A stretch of DNA of 63,590 nt, counting the filler, from Intoshia linei (Eukaryota > Animalia > Orthonectida), in NCBI GenBank assembly GCA_001642005.1. It is 7 parts of 7 records of this genome, joined end to end, with 100 filler letters (N's around TTAATTAATTAA, not from the genome) between each part and the next. Parts side by side here need not be neighbours in the genome. Positions count along the whole stretch, not along the records: positions 35,466 to 48,584 come from LWCA01001033.1; positions 48,685 to 58,536 come from LWCA01001339.1; 5 more parts are not named here. The stretch is one strand, 5' to 3'. Of the stretch, positions 42,301 through 55,544 are shown in pieces. The notes beneath the pieces were generated by a model. That model did no database searches. It had not been told where the DNA came from and saw nothing but the letters and a program-made list of their open reading frames with translations. Position numbers and translations under genes: made by a program. Numbering within the stretch: the first letter of the stretch is position 1; each line of letters begins with the position of its first letter.

Positions 42301-45300
42301 GCAAATATACGTTACCGTCCATGATTGGAAAAACTACTCAAAGCAACAAACGGGGAGCACCGTGCCATTCTATGGTAGGTAGAAGTAAAATAGGAGGATT
42401 TCATGAAGATTTACAAAAGGTAAACATTAATAGATTAATATTTACAGTAGAATATAATATTATATTGTAAATCAGTGGTTTTCAACGTGGATTAGCGTCC
42501 CCAGGAGACTTTTTCAAAATTTAGGGGCAGTTGCAAACAATATTATTCAAATGTCAAATATATTATTTTTGATATTGTTGAAAAAAAAAATTATTCCCTT
42601 ATATATTTTGTATTATGGGGATGTGAACCTTCCCATTGTCTTTATCCAGTGATGTATTCTGTAAAATGTCAAGGATATTATTGTGTTTTCATTTTATCAC
42701 AGGGACGCTGATTTAGAAATTCATGAATTATGGTGGAATTGGTGTGGTTTTAAAAAGGTTGATAACCCTGTTATAAATTGTGTAATCCAGAGGTGGGAAC
42801 GTGCAGCCTTCACATAAAAATATGTCATATTCATTATTTTGAATTAATTTACATTTTAAATTTGCAAATTTTAAATTCTATGATACTTTAATAAAGTTTT
42901 ATTTGAAAATAAATAATTAATAAAAATAATAATTGCTAGTAGCAAAAGTAATTTGCAAAATATATATAAATATAATATTGTAAAATCTTAAAAAATATTA
43001 TAAATCTTTAATTAACAATTAAATATTTCTAAGTCTTTGTAATCTTTCAAGGACGTTTAGAATAGTAAATAAAGAAATATGTAAAACATAACTTTGTTAT
43101 AGAGATTAGTATACAACGTTACAAATATAATATAATATAATAAACGAATATAAAAAGTACATGTAAAAATGTATTTATATTATCGTTAAATTTCGAAAAT
43201 GCCACAGTAGTTTTATTTAACGCCTTCAAAATATAATAGAAAGTTGAAAGATGAAAAGAGGTCATTTAACTTAGAGTGGGAGTTACAATATTATTTCATT
43301 GATTCAGAAGATAAAATGGAATTTTTGCTGTGTAATCTTAAAATATCTACATTTAAAAAGTATAATGCGTATCAATATTATCAAACTCACAAAAAATCAT
43401 ACCTATTACAAATTAGAGGGGGAAATATGATTTGCGACCTTAAATAAATTAGAAAATGGTTTGAACAATCAAATTAATTCCATTAAAAAAATGTGTATAT
43501 TAAAAAGTGATATAACGGAAGCCATATACAAAATAGCATATATTCTTGGTATAAAAGGTAAGCCATATAGCGATATTGAAATTATTAAATAATATATTTT
43601 ATCAGTAGTAGGATGTTTGAACCCTGAAAATATTAAAACATACGAAGCTCTTTCTAGAAGAACGATAACAGAAAGGCAACATGAATTAGCATTAAATATC
43701 AAATACAAAATCCAAGAATATACAAAATAAAAACACCTTTTATTCATTGGCCTTGGATGAATCAACAGACAATACGGATTCACCCCAAATATTATTTTAT
43801 AATAGAGCCATAACCGAAGACTAAATTCGCATTTCTTAAGAGTGCTGCATTTTTATGCAATATAAATAACAAACAAAATGAATTAAATATTTTTTTACAA
43901 GGCAAAACCAAATTTATTCATCATATGTGGATTAAAATAATTGCTTTTCAAAGAAAATTATTATTTTTAAAAACTCTTCTGTATGATAGTAATATTTGTA
44001 GAGAGCATTTTCCATGCTTGGCAAAGCTAAATATTTTATTATTAATCTAATTTTAGGTATTATTTCATCACGAAAAATTATACAGTAAAACCTCTTTATA
44101 AACAAACCCTCTATAAACAAATTATCATGCTTTTAAAAATATATCAATCCTATATAATTTGTTTATTACATTTTCACATGTCAAAGTTTACGTTGTATGG
44201 AATTTTTATGACACAGTAATAACCAAAGTCCAAATCACGCTTTTTAGATATTCCAAACAACAAATTAGTCGTTAAATTTTCAAAATTGTTTGTTTATAAA
44301 GAGGTTAAAGTAAGTAATACTGAGTAAACTTTATTTAATTCAATTAAATTATTACTCTTTTGATATTGATTATATAAATGTTTCATTAGACGCCTGGACC
44401 TAGTGTCTATAGTGTAGTCAACAATGAAATATTCAAAAAAAAAGCTGCGCAATACTCAATAACAGGTAGAAACGTAATACCCGGAGATACAACAAGAAAA
44501 CCAGGGCCAGGTGCCCATTATCCAGAAAAGGTATTACCATTTAATATTTATTATTAGTATGATATTATAATAATTATTAAATGTTATTAATGTTATATCT
44601 ATAAATCACGAATGTGAAATTATTTTCACCGGCATATTTTTGAAAAGTTATAAGTAGGAAACCAAAATTTAATGAGGTTAATTTTTGATATGTTAATCAC
44701 TATGAAACTACAAGAATTATGATATCAATATTATGCATATTAATTAGATAATTAATAATTATTTTAGTTGAACTTACAAAAGTTATATTTTTATTTACAT
44801 ATTTTAATTTTTCACTTTGTGTTTTGTTGGTTTTGAATTAATATTTTTAATTTTAATAGTTTTAATTTTAATTTTTGATAGAAATGATTTAAGAAATAAA
44901 AATAACTGATATCTATTATACAGTGAAATCTTTTTATAAACAAACAAGATTGAGAATTTAACGACTACAGTAGTTTTTCGTTTATAAGTACACTCGTTAT
45001 TAAATCCATTAAATTTAACAATAACTCGATTAAAAATTTATTCTACTAGTTATTTGAAAACTTCATATTAAATATTTATATTGAATTAATAGCATATTAG
45101 AATTTTTTAAAAAAAATTAATTATTTGATTTTTATTAATATTTTTAGGTTGTTATTATATCGACAGTGAAAACTGTGATTAGTATTTAACGTTTAATTAT
45201 TTTTATTAACATTATTAACATTAAATATAATTACATTGTATAACATTAAACAAAATATATACAAAACCGAAGACTAAAAATAATAAATTATATATTAATA

Positions 45301-45998
45301 CTTATATAATAAACATTTGCGTAAATAATTTTAAAAACAATTGTTATCCCATTTTTTCAATTTATTAGACAGAGAGTGTGTATAACATTAAATGTAAAGT
45401 AAAAACAGTCCAATCCTAAAAATTGTCATAAATAACATAAATTCCAAGAAAAAATAAAATTATCAAAACCTATTTTGTCATTTTCAATGTGATGATATAT
45501 ATTCAATATCAATTTAATAAATACTTAAAGATACCTATTATGTATCAATACTAAACTGCTTTTTTGACCCTAAAGTCGTCACTTATTCAAATTGAAATTT
45601 ACTGTGTGTGTTAAATGGATACAACTGTACAACCTGTAAATTTTATGGATGTTTTCATTAAAAAAATAAGGGTAATTTAAGATTTTGGCTCTGAAGATGT
45701 GAAATTAAGAGATTGAAATTTATCTTAATATACGTCCCGAAAAACACTGTAATTGAAATATGGTATTTAAAAAATTCTAAGACTAGTAGTTATTTAAATA
45801 AAGCGTAACACACATACAGACAGAGACACACACAAACAAAAATCGCGTAGCATATTATATAAGTTAGGATATATTACATTTTTTTGTATACAATCATATA
45901 TTTAGGTATATGTGAATAGACCAAAAGCACCCACTTACTCATTTGGCATACGACACAGTCCTTACACTTGTTCTGTTATAACAGATAATGACATATAA
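39318..45998 (+). CDS. ODF3: ODF3/CIMAP1-like SHIPPO (PGP)-repeat axonemal protein, 6 coding exons
   Basis: Exons 39318-39486, 40266-40385, 41932-42039, 42295-42419, 44390-44530, 45906-45998 splice in frame: KPRGPIAAMYSSPGPCY, repeated PGP(G) motifs, GGFHEDLQKTPGP, APTYSFGIRHS. Confidence 0.93.
42473..42770. mobile_element. hAT MITE in ODF3 intron
   Basis: CAGTGGTTTTCAAC and GTTGATAACCCTG termini; flanks TTGTAAAT/TTATAAAT. Confidence 0.75.
42788..44075 (+). mobile_element. Decayed hAT transposase (SPIN/GTF2IRD2-like) in ODF3 intron
   Basis: KRSFNLEWELQYYF BED-like start, KGKPYSD and SLALDESTD with many stops and frameshifts; CAGAGGTGGG terminus. Confidence 0.8.
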
Positions 45999-47574
45999 AA
46001 CACCAAAAAGTTAATAAATAATTAAACAATTTAACAAACTATATTATTACTAGGTTGGCTGTTATGTACTACGCACAAACAGGACCAAGCTCTGCCAAGA
46101 GCACATTTTTATTATACTTAAAAAATAAATTCACGTTGAAAATCTAACTTAAAAATGCTACTATTCACTATTATCAATCCTGTAAAAATATAGTTCCTAG
46201 ATTTGTTTCAGGTGGAAGCATCATATTACATTGCTTTTAACTTTAAAGTGAATTATTCCATTTTAATTTTTTGTTTGTTACATTTTCGTAAAAAATTTTA
46301 AAAACAATTGTTATCCCATTTATTTAATTTATTAGACAGAATGTGTGTATAATATTAAAAGTAAAAACAGTCCAATCCTAAAAACCTATTTTGTCATTTC
46401 CAATGTGATATAATTTATTGATAACAAGTAACAAACAGATCAACTCATATGCAAGGGTCTCCATAACCATGTATAAAACACTTTTCAGCTAATTTCCGTA
46501 ACATTTAGCATGTTATTTACTCATTTGCACGAATAATAAAGATATTAATAAATATACTCGTAAAAATCGTAATTTAAGAGTTTAGTTTTAGAGATTAATT
46601 TTTTTAAATAAAAAAAGAGCAAATTAGGTTTTTGACCCTGAAAGGCATTATTTCTGAAATTAAAATAAGCGAAAAACATCTCTCCCGAATAATTGTATTA
46701 GAAATTGGGAAATAATGTAAAAGTTGCTAAACATATGTGTTTTTTTGTTTGTATGTCACCGTCCATTGAGAAAATTGACAGTCGCGGAAAAAAAATTTTA
46801 AAATCACTTTTTTCTGGTACTGAAGATAAAATACATTTTAAATTAAAAAATTTGCACCTTCACGGTTATAAGTTAAAACTTATAGAAAAAAGAGTCATAA
46901 AATTTATGTATTTTGAATTATGGAGATGTGAGCCTTAAAAATGTTTTTATCCACTGATGTATATTAAAATGTCAAGGATATTATTGTGTTTTCTAAAATC
47001 TTACATGGTTGAAAGTGGATTCAATTCTATAAACAGAATATTGAGTAAAGATAGAAACAAAATTAATATATGTCAAAGAGGAGATATTGCTATCAAATTA
47101 ACAAGCATAAAACAAACAGAATTAAGGAGTTAGCACTCAATTACCAGGCACAAATTCTAATAATTTTTGGGAATCACTATTTGATGTTCATTAGTTTTTA
47201 GTAAAGACTCCTTACTTATATAAACTTAAAAAAAATTAAAAATTTGAGTCGGTATAAAAATTGCATTTGTAATTAGCCATTTATTTAGAATACTGACAGT
47301 TCCATAAATTTAAAAAATACAAAGCATAAATTATTCTTTAATTATTTTAATTTTTATTTTATGACGTAGAGAGTAAGATAAATATCAATTAGCATATTCA
47401 GGGAAATAAATTTGAAAAACATAAAAAAAAATTACTATGCTATCATACTTTTTCCAAAAAAATTTCTAAATATAAATACAATGTATGTATCTAGAAATGT
47501 TTTTAATATAGTCCCGTAATACATGCCCCTATTATTAATAAAAATTAATAATTAATAATTTAAATTTGTGTAGA

Positions 47575-48490
47575 GTTTTATCAATAAAAACAATAAACTT
47601 GAAAAAAAATTGAAATCTCTTATGCAACAAAACAAAATATTAAATAATGAATATCCGAAAATATTGGTATAAATGGGAAATTTATGGGTGTAATTTTATT
47701 GAGCCTTATTATTGCGTTCATATTGTATTCACTGGATTATTCTTATAAATTTGGAATTCAAAATAGATCTGGGTTGTTGTTTTTCATTGTCATTTATTAA
47801 ATTTTTATAAACTCAACGTGTGTGAATTTGTTTATTTCGGATTACAATCTATTTATATATTACCGCATCAGTGGATATTTCAGAGTGTCAACTTATTTAA
47901 TTACAAAATATTTTGTCGGATTTTTACCTTTAAAGTGTGCTGAAACTCTATTATTTTCTTTGCTAATATATTTTATACCTGGATTAAAATATGAATGTAT
48001 AACTTTTTTTATTTTTTATGCTACAGTATTAATGGTTTCTTTGTGTGCCGCAAATATGGCAATTTATATTGGAGCAGCCACAAATAATTATATTATATTT
48101 ACAGTTCTCTCTTCCACGCTATGGACACTTATGATAATTTTTGGCGGTCATCTTTTAAATTTAAATCATATCAAATAAGTTATTGCCTATGCTCAATATT
48201 TAAGTAATTTCAGATACGGGTATAATACTCTTCTCGTTAATAAACTTGGTAATGTAGTACTATCTATAATTATTAATTTGTCTCAAAATGCCACCATTAT
48301 TATTTCAAATAAATATAACTTGAATACTAATAATACCATTTAATTTAATGTACTTACAGATAATTATCTCAAATCGCAACAATTATTTTTAGACTTGTCT
48401 TATAATTATGTTTATGTGAATATTGGCATATTATGTCATTTTTATTTAAGTGTTTTAAATTTAAAGCAACTTGTTAGTTCTGGAGCTATG
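47575..48490 (+). pseudogene. ABCG2/White-family transmembrane-domain pseudogene, intronless fragment
   Basis: GIQNRSGLLFF, ISGYFRVSTY, IFGGHLLN, QYLSNFRYG; in-frame TAA at 47798-47800 and 48176-48178, a frameshift near 47670, and no nucleotide-binding domain upstream. Confidence 0.8.
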
Positions 48491-49205
48491 GATTAAAGTA
48501 TATTAAAAAGGTAAATAGCTACGTTTTGAATTAAGAATGAATCGAAAATGAAACACCTAGCCACCCATGAAATTCCTGATTGGGNNNNNNNNNNNNNNNN
48601 NNNNNNNNNNNNNNNNNNNNNNNNNNNNTTAATTAATTAANNNNNNNNNNNNNNNNNNNNNNNNNNNNNNNNNNNNNNNNNNNNACAAAAAAATTAGAAA
48701 TATTCTATGGTGTTCACACCAGAGAATATTTTTTTATACTGCCATTCCAATTTAAATACTGACAATCCATTATATCAACTGAAAATTCAATGTTTCTACT
48801 GACAAACCATATACAATACTGACAAATTGATAAGAAAAATACTGACGCGATACATACACCCCGCAAATAAAATAGTTATGAATCATAACTTATGATATTC
48901 AAAACTATACTTTTTTAAGTGCTCAATTTGCTAAAATTAGTCACTAAAAAAGCCTCATTACAGTAGGTTCGGCTCTAGAAAACAACTCAAAAAATTACCT
49001 TATCACGAATTTCGTTTAGGAAATTGATCAAAATTTTAAAAAGTTGTTTGAATGCAATCAGTGAAACTAAAATTAACATTTTTAAATAATGGTCAAATAG
49101 TTTATTTTTCACTGAGACTCAAAAGATTGTTGAATAAACAATATAGCCTTCAGTTAATTTGCATTTTTTTGCATTGACAAAAATCTGCTTGGGTTAAAAG
49201 AGTAA

Positions 49206-49650
49206 ACTTTATGAGACTGCGGATTTTCAAAATTGAAAGCAAAATATTTCACTTTTGAAATGTTAAAAAACACTAAAATTTAAAGCTTAAAATTCAGAAA
49301 TTTCAAATGTTATTGATTTGTAAAGTGAACAACTTAAATTTGACTTTAATATTTGGCTTAGAATTAGCAATAACATTCACATTTATTAGCAATAAAATAT
49401 ATTTAATTTATGACACTTAATTACAATCACGTCGCGTGATTTCATTTTATTAGAATATAATTTATTTTATTGTTGACACAAAGTAAACATTGATAATATA
49501 ATTAATTTTTACGCATATTACATGTTATTGTATAAGCAGTAATTTGTTCATAATTTATATTGGTACCGCCTTATTTTGGTTTGTATACAAACCAATGTAT
49601 ATTTATGAGTGTAGTTTTTATCATCTATACATGCAATTGTCTCGTAAGGG
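49206..49650. mobile_element. piggyBac-like MITE family (TTAA-flanked; other ends at 24856 and 58691)
   Basis: GTCTCGTAAGGG|TTAA right end and degenerate left end; 49210-49360 is the reverse complement of 24695-24850; TTAA|CCCTTACGAG at 58687. Confidence 0.7.
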
Positions 49651-49729
49651 TTAACATTGTATTACATTGGAATCCAATAATCCCAAAAAAAGTGGACAAA
49701 AATCAAATTAATCATAATCTTCTCAACAC

Positions 49730-49969
49730 TCAAAAACTCAAATACCAGTTGTATAAATGATAATGTAAACAATTACTTTTGTCAACAATGTTGATTGGAT
49801 TAAAACCACAAAACTGTAAAATATACAAAAATTGTTCTTTATCAATAATTTGTAGTCTTTTATAAAAATTGTGCAATTCTCCATTATTTTGAATTGTTAT
49901 ATCCATATCCTTATCAGTATCGTCATCGTTTGATTGAATAATATTGCCTGTTTGTAAATTTTCAGACAT
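49730..49969 (-). CDS. Possible first exon of an unidentified gene head-to-head with NAXD
   Basis: 79-aa ORF with GCC-ATG context and a protein-like acidic N-terminus, 142 bp from the NAXD ATG; no downstream exons found. Confidence 0.35.
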   Translation of the reverse strand: MSENLQTGNIIQSNDDDTDKDMDITIQNNGELHNFYKRLQIIDKEQFLYILQFCGFNPINIVDKSNCLHYHLYNWYLSF

Positions 49970-50111
49970 GGCGCAATTTTAAAATTTAAAGTAATTTTGA
50001 AATTTTGTTTCCAAGTCAATTTTGATAAAAATAAAATTAAACTAATTTTTTAAACTTACAATAAATTAATTTAAAAATTTAATTTTCATCTCTAAATTGA
50101 ACGAAAAGTTA

Positions 50112-53100
50112 ATGAATTATATTGAATTATTTTATAAAATCATACCAAAACTTTCAAACGGTTTATACAAGGGTAATTGTGGTAAAACCGCCATTATTGG
50201 AGGTTGTTTGGAGTAATTTAATAATTTTGAAAATTATTTTGAAAATTTTTAGATACTCTGGTGCACCGTATTTTGCTTCAATTGCCAGTTTAAGAGCTGT
50301 AATTTTAATTTATTTAATTTTAATTTAGATGAATTTATAGGGTGCTGATTTATCGTACATTATTACAGATCCTTGTGTATCTACTTGTATAAAATCGTAT
50401 TCTCCAGATATTATTGTTTTACCATATTTGTAATTTTTTTTTAAATTTTAAATAACATTTATTAAATCATTTTAAATTATTTTATTTAAGGAATTCAAAT
50501 AATGGATTCGTTAAATCGGAACAATTTTATAAAAGATTTGATATATTTGGTTTGGGACCAGGCTTAGGAAAATCATATTTTTCTCAGATTGATGTACGTT
50601 AAAAGTATTGGTTTTTAAAACATATTGTAAGTACATGTTACTACCCGTCTATAATTTGAGAAAACGAGTCAACTAATTATCTTAACCTTTATCCCGACAA
50701 TACATTGCAATGTTCACAAAATGGAACATGTGGTAATTGTAACTTAGAACTCTGAAGTCTTGGAATGACATTTTATGATTGGTAGATAATATTCAAACCA
50801 TGGTTACCACGTATTCCGTATATAATTATTATTATTTGGAGTTTTTCTATAATAGTTTGGATAAAGTGGATTTTATTCTTATGGTTTGGTGGAGCAGCTC
50901 TGGGAATTTTGAATATTGAAAAATTTACAATTAGAGACAATTTTTCAATTAACCTGAGTTTCTAAATGACAATCTCCAAACTGACGGTAACATGTATACA
51001 TTGTAATTAATGTTGACAGGTATTGATTGAGCAAATTATTAAAAGGAAAATTTCAATCGTTATTGATGCGGTACTATTATTTTATATTGATTTAAAAATT
51101 TTGTTTAGGATGGGATAAACTATATCTGTGAATATAATGAGAAATTTAGAAATTATTTAAAAAATAATCCAGAAACGATTATTATCATTACCCCAAATTT
51201 GAATGAATTTAATAAACTCAAGGATTGTGTAAATATGGTAATTTTTGTTTTCTTATTAGAATGATTGTTGGTAAAATTATTTATAATTTAAATTAGTTAA
51301 TTAAATTTTAATATCACCGTATATTTGAGGGGGAAATATATATTTATTTAAATTATATTTTACTTATAGAAACATCAGGACAATGCTGGAGGAATTAATG
51401 AATTGTGTAAATTGTTGGGAAAAAATGTTTATATTGTATTAAAAGGAAAATGTGATACAATTGGATATTCCCAAGATACAGGTATATTTGAAATACTACT
51501 TTTTATGTAAGGTTGTTTTAAATAAACGGGTCTGAAAATTACATTTCATTTTATGGAATGTCACATTAATAATGTGACATTATTCATAATAATTTTAGAT
51601 TATATGTGCATTGAACCGATTAAATCGATAAATAGACGTTGTGGCGGACAAGGAGATGTCTTATGTGGAATTATGGGTTTGGTTTTTGAATATTTTTATA
51701 TTTGTATATCTAGCAACATTTGTCAATTGGGCCATAAAATATTGTCAGAAAAATAACATATCAAATATGCCAAAGTAATTTATGTACAGTACACTCTGAC
51801 CCGGTTTGGGAGCGAACCTCGGCAGCGAACACCCTCATTTTTTGAGGCATCCAGATTTTTGGGATTTTAAGATTTTTTTAATCAAATTTTATTAAGAACT
51901 GGCTTGACTATTATGTAATTCGTACAAACAGCATCCTCTCAGCAAATTCTGCCGAGGACGGACATTTTTATTCTACCAGATAATTCATTCAATAAGAAAA
52001 TTTAACCTAAAAATTCTACTATTTACAATTATCAATCATTTAAAGGAGTGTTCCAGACTTGTTACACTTGGACCCGTCATATCACATTAGTTTTTAATTT
52101 AAAGTGAATTATTCCACGTTAAATTTATTTTTTTAACATTTTAAAAAATTTTTATCCCATTTTTTTAATTTATTAGACAGAAGGTGTGTAATACACACTG
52201 TATAATATTAAAAACAGTCCAATCCTAAAAATTGTCATAAATAGCATAAATTCTAGAAAAAATAATTTATGGGGTTGAAATTTTCTATTTATATCAACTG
52301 GAATATGCTCTATCAGAATAATCTTTTTTTTAAATTTTCGGATCTTTAATTATTTCACATATTTTTTTTTGTTAATAAAATATTTCGGAAAAAAATATAT
52401 GAATACTAAAATGTTTTTTTGACCGATAAGGCGTCACTGATTCAGATTGAAATTTTTTGTGTATCTTAACAGGATACAACTGTATTATCTGTAAAATTTT
52501 TTAAATTCTAGGGCTGTTTTCATTTAAAAAAAAATGGTAATATGGGTTTTTACCGTGAAAATTATTTTTTTTTAGGTTTCCATTTATGATTATGTTGTAA
52601 TTTTAAAAATATCCCAGAATTTATGTTTAAAAAAAATTTAGGATATGTTAAATTTTTAAAACAAAGGGTAATTTGTGGTTTTGACCATGAAGGTATGCGT
52701 TTCTAAGGCTGAGATTAACGACAATGTTAATGCTTTTAAAATGCGTTCCAGAATGTATGTTTTATTAAATTTTTTGGTATATTTTGGGCTGATTTTTTTT
52801 AAACAAAAGGGGAAGTTTGGTTTTTGACCCTGAAGGACTGTAATTCTGAAACTGAAAAATGGATAAAACCATGTTCTGGGAAAAGTCGTATGAGAAATTT
52901 GGTTTTTTAAATCCTGCGACAGTCAATTTTTTCAATAAATGGTGACACCCACTAATTTTTATATAAGTAAAAGATTCTATGAATTTAGGAATTTAAGAAA
53001 ACAAACAGTTTTCGAAAATAATAAAATAAGATAAATTATCTTAGATAACCCATTATTTTAATACAGATTAAATAATTTTTAATCAGACTTTTTTTAAGAT

Positions 53101-55020
53101 ATTATGTATGCACTAAGATTTCATTGTCTTGTCTTGATATTTTTGCCTTTCTCAAATTTTCAATTTTATTTACACATTTTTTAATACTATAAAAGTCTAT
53201 TTAAATAAATACATTATTTTTTTTGATGTACCTCATCAACGAATCATTACCAACTTTCTTAATCTGATTAAATACTATTATTGTTCAATTAAGTTAATAG
53301 ATAACAGAATTTTATGATTACCCCCATTTGTGGGTCCCCGCTTTTCTAGGCAATTTTTTAAAATGGTGGCCTAAAACCGGGTTATACTGTAATCTTATAA
53401 TGTTCGGACCTTGAATTGTTTCGGATAGGACACCTCGCGGTCGTTCTAACATTTTTTAAAATTACATTATTGTATTAATATTTTTGTATTCGTATGTAAA
53501 TATATTGTACCCCTTGAACAGTGTTTCCCAACCTTTTTTACTACATTACCAATATTATAGTACATATTTTGATATTACCCACTATATTGTTTAACTGCAT
53601 TTTGGATGGTCAGGTTTTTAGAATAAGCTATATAATTTTTATAATAGTAAATGTAATTAAAATTTTTTAAAAAACTAATTTTACAAAATAGTAAAAGAAA
53701 GGGAAAATTGTGTTTTTGACCCTGAAGGACTCAATGGGAAAAATTATATTTCATACGTTAGTGTGCATGCGACACAAAAAAAATAAAAAAAGTCCTATTT
53801 TTTAGAACAAATTTCGCGATTACTCATGAAAAATATCAAATTACCCACTCGTGGGTAAATACCCACAGGTTGGGAATCTTTGCCATTGAAAGATAAATAT
53901 GATTAAAAGTATCTTTATAATCGTGTTTATAATGTAAGTTATATAGAAACCACATCAGTCTCATTCATACATTTTTTACTTTAACATTGCGTGAGGTTTT
54001 TAATAGTCATCCTCCAGTATAATAATATTATCAATAAATGAACTATTTTTATTACATCAACAAACTTCATTTTTTCAAAATTTAATCTAAAAAACGTTCA
54101 TCCGTCGTCTTTATATTTAGTTAAATTTTTAGCATATGTAATATCAAATTTTTTAAAATGTAATGATTCTTGTGGCATAAATTTCAAAATTACAGATATA
54201 ATTATTATAGCTGACCGGTCAAAACCGAGAAAACGATGATGAATTTCGATGTTTTGATTTTAAGGATAAAATAGGCTTAAAAATATGTAAGGAAAATTTT
54301 CAATTGATATTATCGTAGTACACGTCATCACATAATAAAAATACATATTTAATTCCCCATTTTCAGCAGTATTCATTATTTTTCTTTGCAATTCTGCTTC
54401 TTTAATTGCATATTTCTTCTTGACATAAAGCTTCTGGTTTAATAATGTCCTTTCATACTTCTGTCGTATAAATTCCTCTGTATTTTTAAGGCATTATACA
54501 TGTTGCCTTTGCTGTAATATGAGCAATTAAATGATTAATTTTTCGAAATTTTTAATTCATCATCATCAAATGGGCCCGGATTAAACACCTGTCTCTTGTT
54601 TCTTTTCATCCTCTGTACCTACTGCTCCGATTGTTGCCCGTCTGCTCTTTCGATATTTTCAGATTATTTGTTAATCCTAGTATCAATCATCTCATATTTC
54701 AATACTTTTTGTAAATATTTGATTTTTCTAAGGCCGCTTATGAAAAAAGTTGAAAGTCCACTGTTAACGATTTACGGATCGTAATCAAATAAAAAATGGC
54801 CGGTGTACGGGTTAATGAAAAATTTTTTCGTCACACAAATTGTATAACTCAATTTTATTTAAAATTTAGATACATAAAAAGTTCAATCATTGCTTCTTCT
54901 CAACTTGTGCGATATTCAGCTAATATCGCTTTCATTAAAAAGAAACGTTCAATTATAACAAACGATATTATTAACGAAATTGGCTCTTCGTTTGAATTCT
55001 TATTTGAAAATAAAATTTAA
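50112..55020 (+). CDS. NAXD: ATP-dependent NAD(P)HX dehydratase (CARKD), 10 exons
   Basis: Exons 50112-50212, 50253-50298, 50341-50429, 50491-50593, 51020-51070, 51109-51237, 51370-51481, 51599-51676, 51714-51774, 54870-55020: IGGCLEYSGAPYF, GADL, IKSYSPD, GPGLG, VIDADG, ITPNLNEF, LKG, RRCGGQGDVL. Confidence 0.93.
51787..53389. mobile_element. TA-flanked Tc1/pogo-type element hosting a Helitron
   Basis: TA|CAGTACACTCTGACCCGGTTT and AAACCGGGTTATACTG|TA. Confidence 0.6.
51899..52974 (-). mobile_element. Near full-length non-autonomous Helitron (~1.08 kb)
   Basis: Both termini present, inserted between A and T, with a 3' hairpin and 3-4 internal ~130-140 bp repeats. Confidence 0.8.
53519..53882. 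mobile_element. hAT MITE in NAXD intron
   Basis: CAGTGTTTCCCAACCT and AGGTTGGGAATCTTTG termini; flanks CCCTTGAA/CCATTGAA. Confidence 0.78.
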
Positions 55021-55544
55021 ATGTTGAAAATCTTTCTATTTGCATAAATTATATTTCGCGTCCCTTTTAAAATAATACATTTATAATTTTACTAAGATGC
55101 ATGTTTTAATTTACAATATGTTACTACATATTTTTAATTAGACAGCGATTTAGATATGTAACAATACAAAATAATGTAGCTCATTACAAAATCTAAAATC
55201 TTTGCTATTGTATTCATTATACTGTTTATAATGCGATGCAGAGTATATTTTTGGAACCACTTTGATCTATATATTGACTTTGCGAGACTTAAATATAATG
55301 CAAAATAAATGTTTTTATTTTCAAAAAATATTTTTTTGTACTTTCAGTCTATTACTAAATTGCCACATTTACAATTTTAGACATTATCTAGATTTTCAAT
55401 AATTTGGAAAAAATTCAAATTTAAATAAAGAAAAATTGAACACATGTAAAGTAAACAAATATTTATAAACAGAATAACCTACTGTAGTTTAAATATCTTG
55501 ATATTTTTAATATTGTACATATTCAATTTAATAAAAGGACCAAC

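Noticed and set aside
19224-48178. TAA reassigned to Gln
   Set aside because: Intact genes end in TAA (DYRK2, MyoD, ODF3, NAXD), use CAA for Gln and have no internal TAA; the affected loci also carry frameshifts.
53960-54720. Possible nested antisense gene in the last NAXD intron
   Set aside because: Frames are broken by stops and shifts; more likely a decayed transposon.
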